Positions 27,501 to 42,500 are shown, counted from the first letter of the stretch. The stretch: 64,000 nucleotides of DNA from Mobula hypostoma (GCF_963921235.1 NC_086107.1:105526001-105590000); one strand, 5' to 3'. The notes: generated by a model from the letters alone, not told the origin. Program-made: numbers and translations.

Positions 27501-30500
27501 TCGGTCACAGGATGTACTCTTTTAGATCAGTTCTATAATGCTCCCTCACTCTATCTAGGGGATGTACTGTTCACAGATCAGGAGAAGTACCTTTAGTATC
27601 TGGTCCACTCTCGTTCTCTGCTGAGTCTAGAACAAAAGGAAGAGAATTTCAGTTTCAACATTCAGTTCTGGGTGAGTCCAGAACTAGAGGGCAATACTAT
27701 AAAAAAAAAACACAGAAGAAATTCCTCCTCATGTCCAGTTGAATGAGTGACTCCTTATTCTAAAACTAGGCCCCATAATTTGACATTCTCCATGAGGGGA
27801 AGTAACCTCATCACCCTCCCTGTTGAACCCCCTCAGAATCTGGTATGATTCAACCATTTTCAATTCCCATTGAACAGATAAACGAGAACAATGCCAGTAA
27901 TAACACAAACCATCATCTCCTCTGGATCCAATCAATTTGATTTTCCTTTCAACACTTTCGTCAGAATCTGGAATGAAAACGATAAGATGGAAAATCAATG
28001 GGAGAAATTCACAGATACAAAGTGCGTCCACCAGATATGGGAGCGGAAGTAGGCCATTTGACCCATCGAGTTTGCTTCACCATTTCATCATGGTTGATCT
28101 ATTTCCCGTCTCAGCCCCAATCTCCTGCCGTTTCTCCATATTCCTTCATGCCCTGACTAAACAAGACTCTACGAACCTCTGCCTTAAATATTCCCAATGA
28201 CCTGGCTTCCACAACCGCCTGTGGTAACAAATTCCAGTGTCTACAAATCTCTTGTGTCAACACCATTCTGAGAGAGTCTGGCACAGAGACCCAGCAGGCA
28301 GACTGGCTCTGGCCCTACGCACGACTTCAATAAAACTCTAAATCGTTCACTCACTGGAATTGTTGTTCTCGTTCTTCTCTCCATTCTCATCCGAATCTGT
28401 ATCAGAAACAAGAAAGCAACCTCTGATCACGAATGTCATTTTGAACTCTCAACGTGTCAGAATATTTCGTTAGGAATTTGAGGAGATTTGTAAGGTTAGC
28501 AAAGACTCTTGCAAATTTCTATACATGTACCATGCAGAACATTCTAACTGGTTGCATCACTGTCTGATATGGAGGGGCCAGTGTGCAGGATCAGAAGATA
28601 TCTGTGGAGGTCTGTAAACTCAGCCAGCTCCTTCACGGGCATTAGCTTTCACAGCATCGAGGACATCTTCAAAAGGTGATCCATCAAATGGTGGCATCTA
28701 TCACTGAGGAGCCCCATTACCCAAGCAATTATTACTACCATCAGAGAGGAGGTACAGGAGCCTGAAGACACACACTCAATGACTCAGGAACAGCTTCTTC
28801 CCCTCTCCCGATTTCCGAATGGACCATAAACCCGTGAACACTATCTCAGCATTTTGCTCTCTAATTTTTTAAAAAAATAATACATTATATATATTTGTTG
28901 TACTTTATAGTATATTTTACGTATTGAATTGCTGCCACAGAATAATAAATTTCACTACACATGCCAGTGATAATAAACCTGATTTTGGTTCTCAGGATCG
29001 CTCAGTTCCCTGGGTTTTTGTGAAGCCAGTAAATGCAGGCGGTGAGGATAGGACTCGTGGTTTGCATGCAACCCCAGTGCTCTCCCAAATCTCAGGAAGT
29101 GTTTGGGACACTACTCAGCTTGTGTTTCATTGTCTCTACGAGATCACCACTGGAGCAGAATTAGGCTATTTGGCCCATCAAGACTGTTCCACTATTCGAT
29201 TATGGGTCATTTATTACCCCTCTCAACCTTATTCTCCTGCCTTGTCCTCAAGGCCTTTGGTGCCCTTACTAATCAAAAACCTATCCACATCCACTTCAAA
29301 TGTATCTGATGACTTGGTCTCCACAGTTGTCTGTGGCAACTAATTCCACAGATTCACCACCCTCTGACTAAAGAAATTCCTCCTCATCTCTGTTCTAAAG
29401 GGATGGCCTTGTATTCTGAGGCTGGGCCCTCTGGTCCTAGACTCTCCCACTAGAAACATCCTCTCCATGTCCACTCCATCTAGACCAGGGCTTCCCAACC
29501 TTTATTATGCCATGGACCATTACCATTAGCCAAGGGATCTGTGGACCCCAGGTTGGGAACCCCTGATCTAGGCCTTTCGACGTTCAATAGGTTTCAATTA
29601 AATTCTCCCTCATTCTTCTAAACATCAACGAGTACAGGCCTAGAGCCATCAAATGCTCCCCATACATGAACCATTCCATTCCTGAGATAACTCTCGTGTA
29701 TGTCTTCTGGATGTTCTCCAATACCAACTTAGATACGGGCCCAAAAGTGCCCACAGTATCTAAACACCATCTGACCAGTGCCTTCTAAAGTCTTGGCATC
29801 ACATCCTTGCTTTGATCAACAAGCAACTCAGCTAATGGAGGACCCTGGACTCAGGGTGACTCTTCAGTTCTGCACTGAGCGGACTGGATCAAGGGACAGA
29901 TATTCTGAAGCCACTGCGACCACTGATGTGATTTCTGGTTAAAACCGAGCATTTACATGGAATAAATTATGAACGACTTTTAGAGAAAGGTGGATTTAAG
30001 GGCAGGTGGCTTCTGGCAGATGTTTGAACTCCACAAGATGTTTGAGAGGCGGGACTGCATTTTTGTGTCTACGTAATGGTTAGCGAGACTTTGGACAAAG
30101 TCCCAGATGCGAAACAGATTAGAAAACTAACAGCCCACAAGGAAGGTCAATCCCAAATTGTTTTAGTGTCAGGACGCAAAAGGTAATGATGGCCCCAAGT
30201 CGAAGTGATGGCGCGGTAGCAACGCGATTAGCATAGCACTTTACAACGCCAGCGATAGCGGTTCAATTTCTGCCGCTGTCAGGAGTTTGTACGCACTCCC
30301 TGTGACCGCTTGGCTTTCCCCCCTCATCCAGAGATGTACGGGTCAAGGTTAGTAAGTTATAGGAATGCCAGGTTGGTGCCAAAAACCTGGCAACACTTGT
30401 GGGCTGCTTCCAGCACATCCTCAGACTGCGTCGGTCATTGACGCAAACAATGGATTTCACTGTATGTTTCGATGTCCATGTGACAAATAAAGCTAACCTT

Positions 30501-33500
30501 TGAAATTTATAAGTGACAGGATAGTTACCTATGCTGAGCAGATGAAAGTCTGAGCTACCCTGGTGTATCGCAAGGTTCACTGATCCATTCCTTACATTCT
30601 TGGACGCAGGCCAGCAAGCTGCGTTTCAAGGACTGCACAGTTAAGCAGGTTGTGACTGAGTCAAGTGCTCGCAAGTTTGGCTGACAGCAAGGACGGAGGT
30701 TGCCCAGGAAGGAGTAATGGTCAGGTGGTCAGATTAGTTCTAAATGGAATTTGATCCACGCAGCACAGTTGGAAAACGCAGTGAGGAAAGGGAATACCTA
30801 ACGGCAAGAAGCTGTGTGGAGTGTGGGAACAGAGGGATCTCACAGATCCCAGAACGCAGCAGGATATGTAGAAAAGATGGCATACAGACGGCTCTGCGGC
30901 TAACTGATCTATCTTCCCAGCTTTGGTGTGAACCTTATTCCTGCCTCTGAGATAGGCCCACGTGGGTCAGATCTGTATTCTGCCTGCATGTACAGGCCTC
31001 ATCCCCATTAAAGTGTGCCAAGGCCTGGTGTCTGGGGGTGAGATCTTCCTCGCTTCACCTCCCACCCCAGCTCTCCAGGTGCACAGAAGTTGTGACTCCA
31101 GAATCTCGACTTTGCACTTCTTCACAAGAACAATGAATTAACACTGCTTCCCACAGTCACAACCCTGTAGAATATAGAACATTACGGCACAGTACAGGCC
31201 CTTCGGCCCTTCATGTTGTGCTGATCTCTCAGTCTACTTTGAGATCAATCTAACCTTTCCCTCCTCATAGCCCCCCATTTTTCTATTATCCATGTGCCTA
31301 CCTAAGGTTTCTTAAAAGACCCTAATCTATCTGGCTCTACCAATCACCCCTGACAGGGCCTTCCACACACCAACAACTCTCTGTGTAAAGAACTTACCTC
31401 TGACGTTCTCCCTATCCTTTCCTCTAAAAACCTTCAAATTATGCCCCCCTTATATTAGCCATTTCCACCCAGGGAAAAAGTCTGTGGCTGCCCACTCTTG
31501 TACACCTCGATCCCAATCACCTCTCATCCTTCTTTGCTCCAAAGAGAAAATTCAACCTATCCTCAAATATATGAGGCCTTACGTCGAAGCTTTTCAACTG
31601 ATCTCAGATCGTTAATCAAGTGTCAGATAAATAACATTTGATATTAAAAGCATAAATATCCATACCTCGAGCTGCAGAGTGACTCTCTCTCTTTGCAGAA
31701 TCTGGAAAAGAAAGAACTGAAGTTCAGCTCACCAATGGATGAAGTTCTTTAGGGCCCATTATCAGAATAATGTTAAATTCTCGATTGCGTTTTTGAGTGA
31801 CATAGTTAATTCAGAAACAAAGGTTCTGAACTTAAAGAGGGGTAACTTTGAAGGTATGAGACGTGAATTAGCTAAGATAGACTGGCAAATGACACTTCAA
31901 GGATTGACGGTGGATATGCAATGGCAGGCATTTAAAGGTTGCATGGATGAACTACAACAATTGTTCATCCCAGTTTGGCAAAAGAATAAATCAAGGAAGG
32001 TAGTGCACCCGTGGCTGACAAGAGAAATTAGGGATAGTATCAATTCCAAAGAAGTAGCATACAAATTAGCCAGAGAAAGTGGCTCACCTGAGGACTGGGA
32101 GAAATTCAGAGTTCAGCAGAGGAGGACAAAGGGCTTAATTAGGAAGGGGAAAAAAGATTATGAGAGAAAACTGGCAGAGAACATAAAAACGGACTGTAAA
32201 AGCTTTTATAGATATGTAAAAAGGAAAAGACTGATAAAGACAAATGTAGGTCCCCTGCAAACAGAAACAGGTGAATTGATTATGGGGAGCAAGGACATGG
32301 CAGACCAATTGAATAATTACTTTGGTTCTGTCTTCACTAAGGAGGACATAAATAATCTTCCAGAAATAGTAAGGGACAGAGGGTCCAGTGAGATGGAGGA
32401 ACTGAGCGAAATACATGTTAGTAGGGAAGTGGTGTTAGGTAAATTGAAGGGATTGAAGGCAGATAAATCCCCAGGGCCAGATGGTCTGCATCCCAGAGTG
32501 CTTAAGGAAGTGGCCCAAGAAATAGTGGATGCATTAGTGATAATTTTTCAAAACTCATTAGATTCTGGACTAGTTCCTGAGGATTGGAGGGTGGCTAATG
32601 TAACCCCACTTTTTAAAAAAGGAGGGAGAGAGAAACCGGGGAATTATAGGCCGGTTAGCCTAACGTCGGTGGTGGGGAAACTGCTGGAGTCAGTTATCAA
32701 GGATGTGATAACAGCACATTTGGAAAGCGGTGAAATGATCGGACAAAGTCAGCATGGATTTGTGAAAGGAAAATCATGTCTGACGAATCTCATAGAATTT
32801 TTTGAGGATGTAACTAGTAGAGTGGATAGGGGAGAACCAGTGGATGTGGTGTATTTGGATTTTCAAAAGGCTTTTGACAAGGTCCCACACAGGAGATTAG
32901 TGTGCAAACTTAAAGCACACGGTATTGGGGGTAAGGTATTGGTGTGGGTGGAGAATTGGTTAGCAGACAGGAAGCAAAGAGTGGGAATAAACGGGACCTT
33001 TTCAGAATGGCAGGCGGTGACTAGTGGGGTACCGCAAGGCTCAGTGCTGGGACCCCAGTTGTTTACAATATATATTAATGACTTGGATGAGGGAATTAAA
33101 TGCAGCATCTCCAAGTTTGCGGATGACACGAAGCTGGGTGGCAGTGTTAGCAGTGAGGAGGATGCTAAGAGGATGCAGGGTGACTTGGATAGGTTGGGTG
33201 AGTGGGCAAACTCATGGCAGATGCAATTTAATGTGGATAAATGTGAAGTTATCCACTTTGGTGGCAAAAATAGGAAAACAGATTATTATCTGAATGGTGG
33301 CCGATTAGGAAAAGGGGAGGTGCAACGAGACCTGGGTGTCATTATACACCAGTCATTGAAAGTGGGCATGCAGGTACAGCAGGCGGTGAAAAAGGCGAAC
33401 GGTATGCTGGCATTTATAGCAAGAGGATTCGAGTACAGGAGCAGGGAGGTACTACTGCAGTTGTACAAGGCCTTGGTGAGACCACACCTGGAGTATTGTG

Positions 33501-36500
33501 TGCAGTTTTGGTCCCCTAATCTGAGGAAAGACATCTTTGCCATAGAGGGAGTACAAAGAAGGTTCACCAGATTGATTCCTGGGATGGCAGGTCTTTCATA
33601 TGAAGAAAGACTGGATGAACTGGGCTTGTACTCGTTGGAATTTAGAAGATTGAGGGGGGATCTGATTGAAACGTATAAGATCCTAAAGGGATTGGACAGG
33701 CTAGATGCGGGAAGATTGTTCCCGATGTTGGGGAGGTCTGGAACGAGGGGTCACAGTTTGAGGATAGAGGGGAAGCCTTTTAGGACCGAGGTTAGGAAAA
33801 ACTTCTTCACACAGAGAGTGGTGAATCTGTGGAATTCTCTGCCACAGCAAACTGTTGAGGCCAGTTCATTAGCTATGTTTAAAAGGAAGTTAGATATGGC
33901 CCTTGTGGCTACAGGGGTCAGGGGGTATGGAGGGAAGGCTGGGTTCTGAGTTGGATGATCAGCCATGATCATAATAAATGGCGGTGCAGGCTCGAAGGGC
34001 CGAATGGCCTACTCCTGCACCTATTTTCTATGTTTCTATGTTTCTATGTTTTAATGTTTTTTTGCTCTGTCCCAATGGGACAGTGTTCACAGGCCCGGAG
34101 AGTTACCTTTGGTTTTCGGCCCACTCTCATTCTCGGCAGAGTCTGAAACATAAGAAGTCTATTTCAGTTACCCGAGCACACACTTGATTGTCTGAGGTAA
34201 CTTTCCCCCGCCAGCAAACAGTGAAACACCCACACCAGGGCCATGATGTCAGGCAGATCCTTTATGTGGCAGTGTGATGAACTTTTGGTGCAAACTCAGT
34301 CCATTCAACCCAAAGTCCATGTTGGCATCTCCAACTTAAACCCAGGACATGTTCTCTTCTCATTGCTTCTCAACAAGGGGGAGGTACAGGAGCCTGAAGA
34401 CTCAATGTTTTAGGAACAACTGTACCCAACGACAGCATGCGCAGCCACTTCGGTGATGAATATCTGTTATTTGTCAAGTAGGGGACCGTGCACAATCCTG
34501 ATTTGATGGAGACAGACGTGAGAGCACAGCAGAACATCTGGAAAACTTCTGAAATGTCTGCTTTGCTGCCACTGCTACTGAGTGGTAACCGGAATCTCCG
34601 GAGCTGAAGTCCCCGAAATCCTCGGCTTTGCGTGTTTCAGCGGCCGGGAAGAGGTCGAAGGCGCTTGGCAGAGGATGGCGCTCGGGAGGCTGTATCGGAG
34701 AGGCTGCTCGCAAGCTCAGAGTTTTTGGACGGATGGACTCAGTGTCGGCTGGGGTCGGCTGCTTCCAAGATATCGGCAAGTTGACGGTGCCTGGAGGTTT
34801 ATGGCAGGGAGTTTCTCCCTTTTGCTGCCTGCTATCGGGGACTTGGGAGTCGATCGACTTGGGACTTTGAAACTTTTTTTTCACCATGCCTGTGGTCTGT
34901 TCTTTATCAAATTCTGGTATTGCTTTGCACTGCTGTAACTATATGTTATAATTATGTGGTTCTGTCAGCGTTAGTCTTTGGTCTGTCTTGTTTTCTGCGA
35001 TATCACTCTGGAGAAACATTGTACCATTTCTTAATGCATGTATGCATTTCTAAATGACAATAAAAGAGGACTGAGTGTTCTCATAATCTAATCTAATCCC
35101 CTCCAACATCAGATTTCAGAATAAACCATGAATCCCAGGAACACTACCTCACTTTTTGCATCACCTCACTAGTTATATATTTCTTATTGTAACTTATAGT
35201 AATATTTTATGTATTGCTCTGTACTGCTGCAAAATGAAAAAAAAAATTACAACATACAGCACCGTGCAAAAGTCTTAGGCACTCTCTAGATTTTTCTTTT
35301 AAACAGGGTTTCAGATGGTATGGCCTTCACAGAGCCCTGATCTTAACGTCACTGAGTCTGTCTGGGACGACCTGGAGAGACAGAAGCAAGCAAGACAGCC
35401 AAGGTCTGCAGAAGAACTGTGGCAAGTTCTCCAAGATTCTTGGAACAAGCTACCAGCCGATTTTCTTATAAAACTGCACAACAGTGTACCGAGGAGAATT
35501 GATGCAGTTTTAAAGGCAAAGTGTGGTCACACCAAATATTGATTTGATTTAGTTTTACACTGCTTACTTCTCTTTATAGTAATTGTTTTGATATTTAGAA
35601 ACTTTTCATTTCATTATTTTTTAAAGTATCTGCTTTACAGAATTTTTCTGTACTCATGTCTAAAACTTTTGCACAGTACAGTATATCAGTGGTAGTAAGC
35701 CTGGTTCTGGTGTTGATTCTGCACTTTAACCCACATTCATCCGAAGTAATTCAATTTTGACCCTGACTGCTGGTGCTGTCTGAGTGGAGTTTGCACGTTC
35801 CTTCTGTGACTTTGTTGGTTTTTCTCAGACGACCCCAGTTTCCACTCACATCCCAATGACATGTGAGCTGCAATGTTATTCTCTACGTGAGATTCACCTG
35901 CACATCCTGACGTGTTCCGTATTTTCATTTCACAGCCAGGGTAATGAACGTTAGAACATAGACATCCAACAGTACAGCACAGGAACAGGCCCTTCAGCCC
36001 ACAGTGTTATGCCAAACTTAGTCATAGAGTTGTAGAACAGTACAGCACAGAAACAAGCCCTTCGGCCCATTGAGTCCATGCCAAAACCATTTAAGCTGCC
36101 TACTCCCATTGACCACAGCCCTCCATACCCCTACCATCCATGTACCTATCCAAACTTCTCTTAAACATTGAAATCGAGCTTCACATATGCCAGTTCATTC
36201 CACACTCTCATGACCTTCTGAGCAAAGAAGTTTCTCCTTATGTTCCCCTTAAACTTTTCACCTTTCACCCTTAACCCTTGACCTGTGGTTGTAGTCCAAT
36301 CCAACCTCAGCAGAAAAAGCCTGCTTACGTTTACCCTGACTACACCCCTCATAGTTTTGTATACCTCTATCAAATCTCCTCTCAGTCTGCTACGTTCTAA
36401 GTAATAAGGTCCCAACCTATTCAATCTTTCCTTGTAACTCAGGTCCTCTAGTCCCAGCAACATCCTTGTAAATTATCTCTGCACTCTTTCAACCTTATTT

Positions 36501-39500
36501 TCATCTTTCCTGTAGGTAGGTGACCAAAACTGCACACAATACTCCAAACTTAACCTCACCAGCGTCTTATACAACTTCAACATAACACGAGAAAACCTGC
36601 AGATGCTGGAAATGTGTGTATTGTGTGTGTTACTTCAAGATAAGAACCCATCTCCTGCACTCAATACTTATTAGTCAAGTAATTAAACACCTGACTACAC
36701 TGAGCAACACACACAAAATGCTGGAGGAACTCAGCATCTATGGAAAAGAGTATAGTCGACGTTTTGGGCCGAGGTCCTTCATCAGGACTGGGAAAACAGA
36801 TCAGCAGTCAGAATAAGGAGGTGGGGTAAGGGAGGGAGAAACGCAAGACAATAGGTGAAACCGGGAGGGGGGAGGCGTGAAGTAAAGTGCTGGGAAGTTG
36901 ATTGGTGAAAGGGATACAGGCCCAGGGAAGGGGGAATCTGATAGGAGAGGACCGGAGGCCATGGAAGGAAGAAAAAGGGTAAAGGGAGGTGATGGGCAAG
37001 TAAGGAGGTAAGGTGAGAGAGGGAAATGGGAATGGGGAATGGTGAAGGAGTCGGGGGGGGGGGGCGCGCGCAGGCATTACCGGAAGTTTGAGAAATCGAT
37101 GTTCATGCCATCAGGTTGGAGGCTACCCAGGTGTTGTTCCTCCAACCTGAGTGTGGCCTCATCGTGACAGTAGAGGAGGCCATGGACTGACGGGTTGGAA
37201 TGGGAAGTGGATTTAAAATGGGGGAGAACATTCTGCCTACATAATATCCATGCCCCTCCGTATTTCAAAGGCTCTAAACGCCTCTGGTACATTTGCCTCC
37301 ACCACCATCCCCAACCGTGCTTTCCAGACGCTCACCAATGTCTACGTAAAAAAACTTACTCTGCACATATCCCTTGTACTTGCCTTAATTACATGCCCTG
37401 TAATATTAGAGATCATGACCCTGGGAAATAGATACTGATTATGATACCTCTCATAATCTTTCAGTTCTGTCAGGTCTCTACTGTTCCAATGAACCTCTGT
37501 ATCGTCTACAAACCGAGGAACTCACCCACTGACATTTTCGTCCAGGCCCTTTCTCTCTATCATAAGTTGATGTTTGTGATTTGTGGCAGTTTCTTCAATA
37601 TTGACCCATCTGACCTCCCCTGGAATAAATACCTGTTTTGAATGCAGTCTGCTCCCCATTCTACCTGGATTTGACATCAGATAAATTAACAGTGAGCTAA
37701 TCCTCACAGACCCATATCCTGTATATTAGCTCATTCAACAATCCCTACTTAATGGAGTCCACGAACCGTCATCTTCTCGGTATCCAATTACTTTGATTTT
37801 CCTTTCTCCACTTTCTTTGGAATCTGGAAAGAGAAACAGTGTTTAATTGGAAAATTGAAGGTGAACGTGGAAGGTTCCGTTTCAAGGTCCAACGTGTTCA
37901 CACACACACACTGCACCACCACTGATCTTGGTAGCTCCCCCTGCCACCATTTTCCCAAAGCCCCGGATGAAGTTGGGATTATATGAGACTTTTCCCCGGG
38001 ACACTGCAGCCCAAATTCAGAGCCTCCAGAATGAGTGAGTCCTTCCCCCTGGCAATGAGACAGGTGACCCCCCCACCCCCCCAACATCTGCCACCTTCTA
38101 CCATTCAGAGCCACACATACGTCCCCTGTTCCTAGGGGTTGGTGTCCGGTGATGAGCACATCCTTCTCCCACACACTCCACCCTCCCGGCTCAGGGAGCC
38201 CAGCACTGTCTCTGGGCTCACGGTGTTGGGTTCCCAACCAAAGCCAGTGGATCCCAGCAGATTCCCAGGATCATTCCCAGTCCCATGTGGGAGTGGCTAA
38301 CTGAGCAGCGTGAGAATACTGTAACAATATTAATGACCACAACAATAAGTACAATCAATGGATTATTCACCAGAGAGTGAAGACGTTAAAATCATAAATA
38401 TTGATACCTCGAGCTGCGGAGTGACTCTCTTTCTCTACAGAATCTGTGAATGAAGGAAAAGAATTTCAGTTCACCAGTCATAGGACATTTTCAGTGGAAT
38501 CAATAAAAAAAACTCTCCATCCTGTCTTAATAACATTTCACTCTGTCCAGGTGACGGCATAACTAAAGACCCTCCCACCCCGGGCATCCTCTCATCGGGC
38601 AGAAGATACAAAAGCTTCCAAGAACACGAACCGCCAGGTTCGAGGACAGACTCTTCAATGGATCTCTTATACACTAAAGATGGACTCGTGACCCCACAAT
38701 CTACCTCATTATGACCTTGTACCTTACGGTCTACCTGCTCTGCACTTTCTCTGTAACACTATATTCTGTGTTCGGTTATTGTGTACTGCCTCATCGTATT
38801 TGTGCTTTTAAATGATCTGTATGGATGCTCTGCAGAGCAAAGTTTTTCAGTGTATCTCAGTCTATGCGATAATGACGAGCCAATATGACTGCAGATCTGG
38901 AGACCTACCTTTAGCGTCCGGTCCACTCTCGTTCTCAATAGAGTCTGAAACATAGAGGAAGAGAATTTCAGTTTCTGACCTTGCAATCAACTACACAAGC
39001 ACTTTTCGGAGACCTCTCTGTCTCCAGACACTGACACATCCACACCTGGGGCATGTTGTCAGCCAGATTACACTGGAGAACAAAGATTTTGCTTCCTGAA
39101 TACTTTTGGGCATATCTTACGGATTTTGGGCTGCTGATCATGAAAATCACCATGAAATTTCCCTATCATGCACCATTTTTTAAAATCACCATTATTTGTT
39201 ATTTCAATTCATAATTCATAACTGATGCCAAGACTAAGGAAGGCATTTTTATTGGTCCACAAATCAAACAGGCAATTCGAAGAACTTCTAGTGGGACCAG
39301 AGAAAATCACATGGAAGGCATTCAAGGATGTCGCCAAAAAATTCTTGGCAACTACAGAGCACGTACAGCTGGGTTGACAACACGCTCCAAGCATACAAAA
39401 CCATGAAGTGTAACAAGTCACTAAAGATTCATTTTCTGCATTCCCATTTAGACTACTTCTCTGCAAATCTTGGCACTGTCAGTGGGGAGCATGGTGAAAG

Positions 39501-42500
39501 GTTTCACCAGGACATTGCACTCAGGACAACTGGAATCCATCAATGCTGGGTGATTATTGTTGGACACTTAAGGGAGAAGCCTCAGACATTGAGCACAAAT
39601 GAAAATCATCAACAAAACATTCTTAGCTTAGTTGAACTATTGCAAAGCGTCAGCACTGTTATACTATTAAATGCATTATATTCAATAAAAATTAATTTCT
39701 TTTTTTTCTCCAAATTCCTATGTGATACAAATAGCCTGAAATTACATTTGCGTTTGGCTTCAAGCGGTCTATCATAAGCAAAAAAAAATTCTGAGGAAGC
39801 AACACTAAAAAAAATTGTCATCTAGTGTTATTAATGTAGTGGTGTATTGAATTTTTGGCACAGACTCAGGCCACTCACCCAATGTCTTTGTTGATGTTTA
39901 CCTCCCCACAGATTCCACATTCTGTGACCCTGGTTTGATCCTGACCTCGGGTGCTGTCTACATGGAGTTTGCACATTCTCCCTGTGAGCACACGGGTTTC
40001 CCCCACACATCCCAACGACATGCAAGTCGGAAGAGCAGCTGGGCACTGCAAACTGTCCCTAGCGTGTAGGCGAGTGCTGGAATCTAGGGAGAACTGTTGG
40101 GAATTTGGGGAGAATAAAATGGGGTTGGTGTGGGATTGATGTGCATGGGTGATTTTGGGTCAAGGTGGATCCCATGGAGAGTGAAACATGATCTGCAGGA
40201 GGATCTCAATAGGTCAGACAGTAACCATGGAGTCAGAGACAGTAACTATGGACACTTGGGTCAAGACTTTCCACTGGACTAGATTCCATAGATTTGTTTC
40301 CACTTAATTACTTAACTAGGATGATAGATCTTAAAATCATGTAGTTATACAGTGGAGAGGATGGTGAAGAAAGCTTTTGGTATGCTGGCCTTTATTAATC
40401 AGAGCATGGAGTATAGGAGTTGGGATGTAATGTTGAAATTGTATAAGGCATTGGTAAGGCCAAATTTGGAGTATTGTGTACAGTTCTGGTCACCGAATTA
40501 TAGGAAAGATGTCAATAAAATTGAGAGAGTACAGAAGAGATTTACTAAAATGTTGCCTGGGTTTCATCTCCTAAATTACAGAGAAAGGTTGAACAAGTTA
40601 GGTCTTTATTCTTTGGAGCGTAGAAGGTTGAGCGGGGACTTGATAGAGGTCTTTAAAATTATGAAGGGGATTGAGAGAGGACGTGGATAGGCTTTTTCCA
40701 CTGAGAATGGGGGAGATTCAAACAAGAGGACATGAGTTGAGAGTTAAAGGGCAAAAGTTTAGGGGTAACATGAGGGGGAACTTCTTTACTCAGAGAGTGG
40801 TAGCTGTGTGGAACGAGCTTCCAGCAGAAGTGGTTGAGGTTCGATGTTGTCGTTTGAAGTTAAGTTGGATAGGTATATGGACAGGAAAGGAATGGAGGGT
40901 TATGGGCTGAGTGCAGGTCAGTGGGACTAGGATAGGGTAAGAGTTCGGCACGGACTAGAAGGGCCGAGATGGCCTGTTTCTGTGCTGTAATTGTTATATG
41001 GTTATACAGTGCAGAAAGAGGCCCTTAGATCCAACTGGTCCATGACAACCAAGGATTATGAGCCTATCAACAGTCTCTTAAATCTATAATAATTAAATCC
41101 TTCAGTTAGTCCTGACGAAGGGTCTCGGCCTGAAACGTCGACTGCGCCTCTTCCTATAGATGCTGCCTGGCCTGCTGCGTTCACCAGCAACTTTGATGTA
41201 TGTTTCTTAAATCTCCTGTCTCTACCACCACTCCTGACAGCATGTTCCCTGCACCTACCACCCTCTGTATAACAAAGCTTGCCTCAGACATCCCCCCTGT
41301 ACTTTTAAAGTTAGGCCTCCTCGTATTAGCCAGTTCTGCCCCGGGAAGAAGTCTCTGGCTGTCTACTCAATCTACACCTCTTATCATCTTGTACATCTCT
41401 ATCATGTCGCCTCTCATCCTCCTCCTCTTCAAAGAGAAAAGTCCCAGCTTGTGCAACCTATCCTTATCAGGCAGACTCTCTAATCCAGGCAGCACCCTGG
41501 TAAATCTCCTCTGTATCCTCTCTAAAGCTTACACATCCTTCCTATAATGAGGTGACCAGAACCGAACACAATACTCCAAATCTGGTCTAGCCAGGGTTTT
41601 ATAGAGCTGCAACATTATCTTGTCGCTCTTGAAGTCAGTCTCCCGACAAATGAAGGCTAACATGGCACGCACTTTCTTAACTACCCTATCAACTTGCATT
41701 GCAACTTTGAGAGATCAATGGACTTGGACCGCAAGATCTCTCTGTTCCACCACACTGCTAAGAATCCTGCCATTAACCCTGTATTCTGCCTTCAAGTTTG
41801 ACTTTCCAAAATGAATCACTTCACAATTCTCCAAATTGAGCTCCATCTGCCACTTAGCCCCGTTCTGCATCCTATCAATGTCCTGTTGCAACCTGCAACA
41901 ACCTTCTACACTATCAACAACACCTCCAATCAATATTGCTCTGTCTGCCCCCCCAGAATAAATGCTTCTGCTTTGTATCCAATCTGTCAAATAAGTAACA
42001 AGCAAACTAATTTTCTCAGACCGAGATGCAGTCAACAATCTCTGTATAGAAGGAAATCCACAAACCATCAGCTTCTCGGGATCCAATTACTTTGATTTTC
42101 CTTTCTCCACTTTCTTTGGAATCTGAAAGTAAAAAGTGTTTGATGATAAAATAGTAGTTGAGTGTGGAAAGTCTCCCAACTTCAAAGTGCATCCATATAA
42201 CACACAAGCACCCGCCACTGATCTGGTTTCCTCTCCATGAGCTGCTCCCCTATTGCCCAAAGCCTCAGATGAGGTTGGGATTAGATCCAACTTTCTCCCA
42301 GGACGCTGTGGCCCAAACCTGGTCTCTCCTGGGTGAGTGAGGGCCTTTGCTCTAGAGGTCAAACACGTGCCTAAGGGTCCAGGTTGGTGTCCACACCGAT
42401 CAGCTTCAACACAACTGAGCTTCCCATACCAAGGATGGGAGGGATGAAGATGTCCCTCTCCCCCACACTCTGCCCTCCTGGCTCATCAGATACAGGAACA

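Noticed and set aside
31739..33949. 736-aa ORF as a host gene or novel RT system
   Set aside because: It is standard CR1 ORF2 (RT part), 5'-truncated, with a CR1 tail and candidate TSD; the start codon comes from flanking intron.
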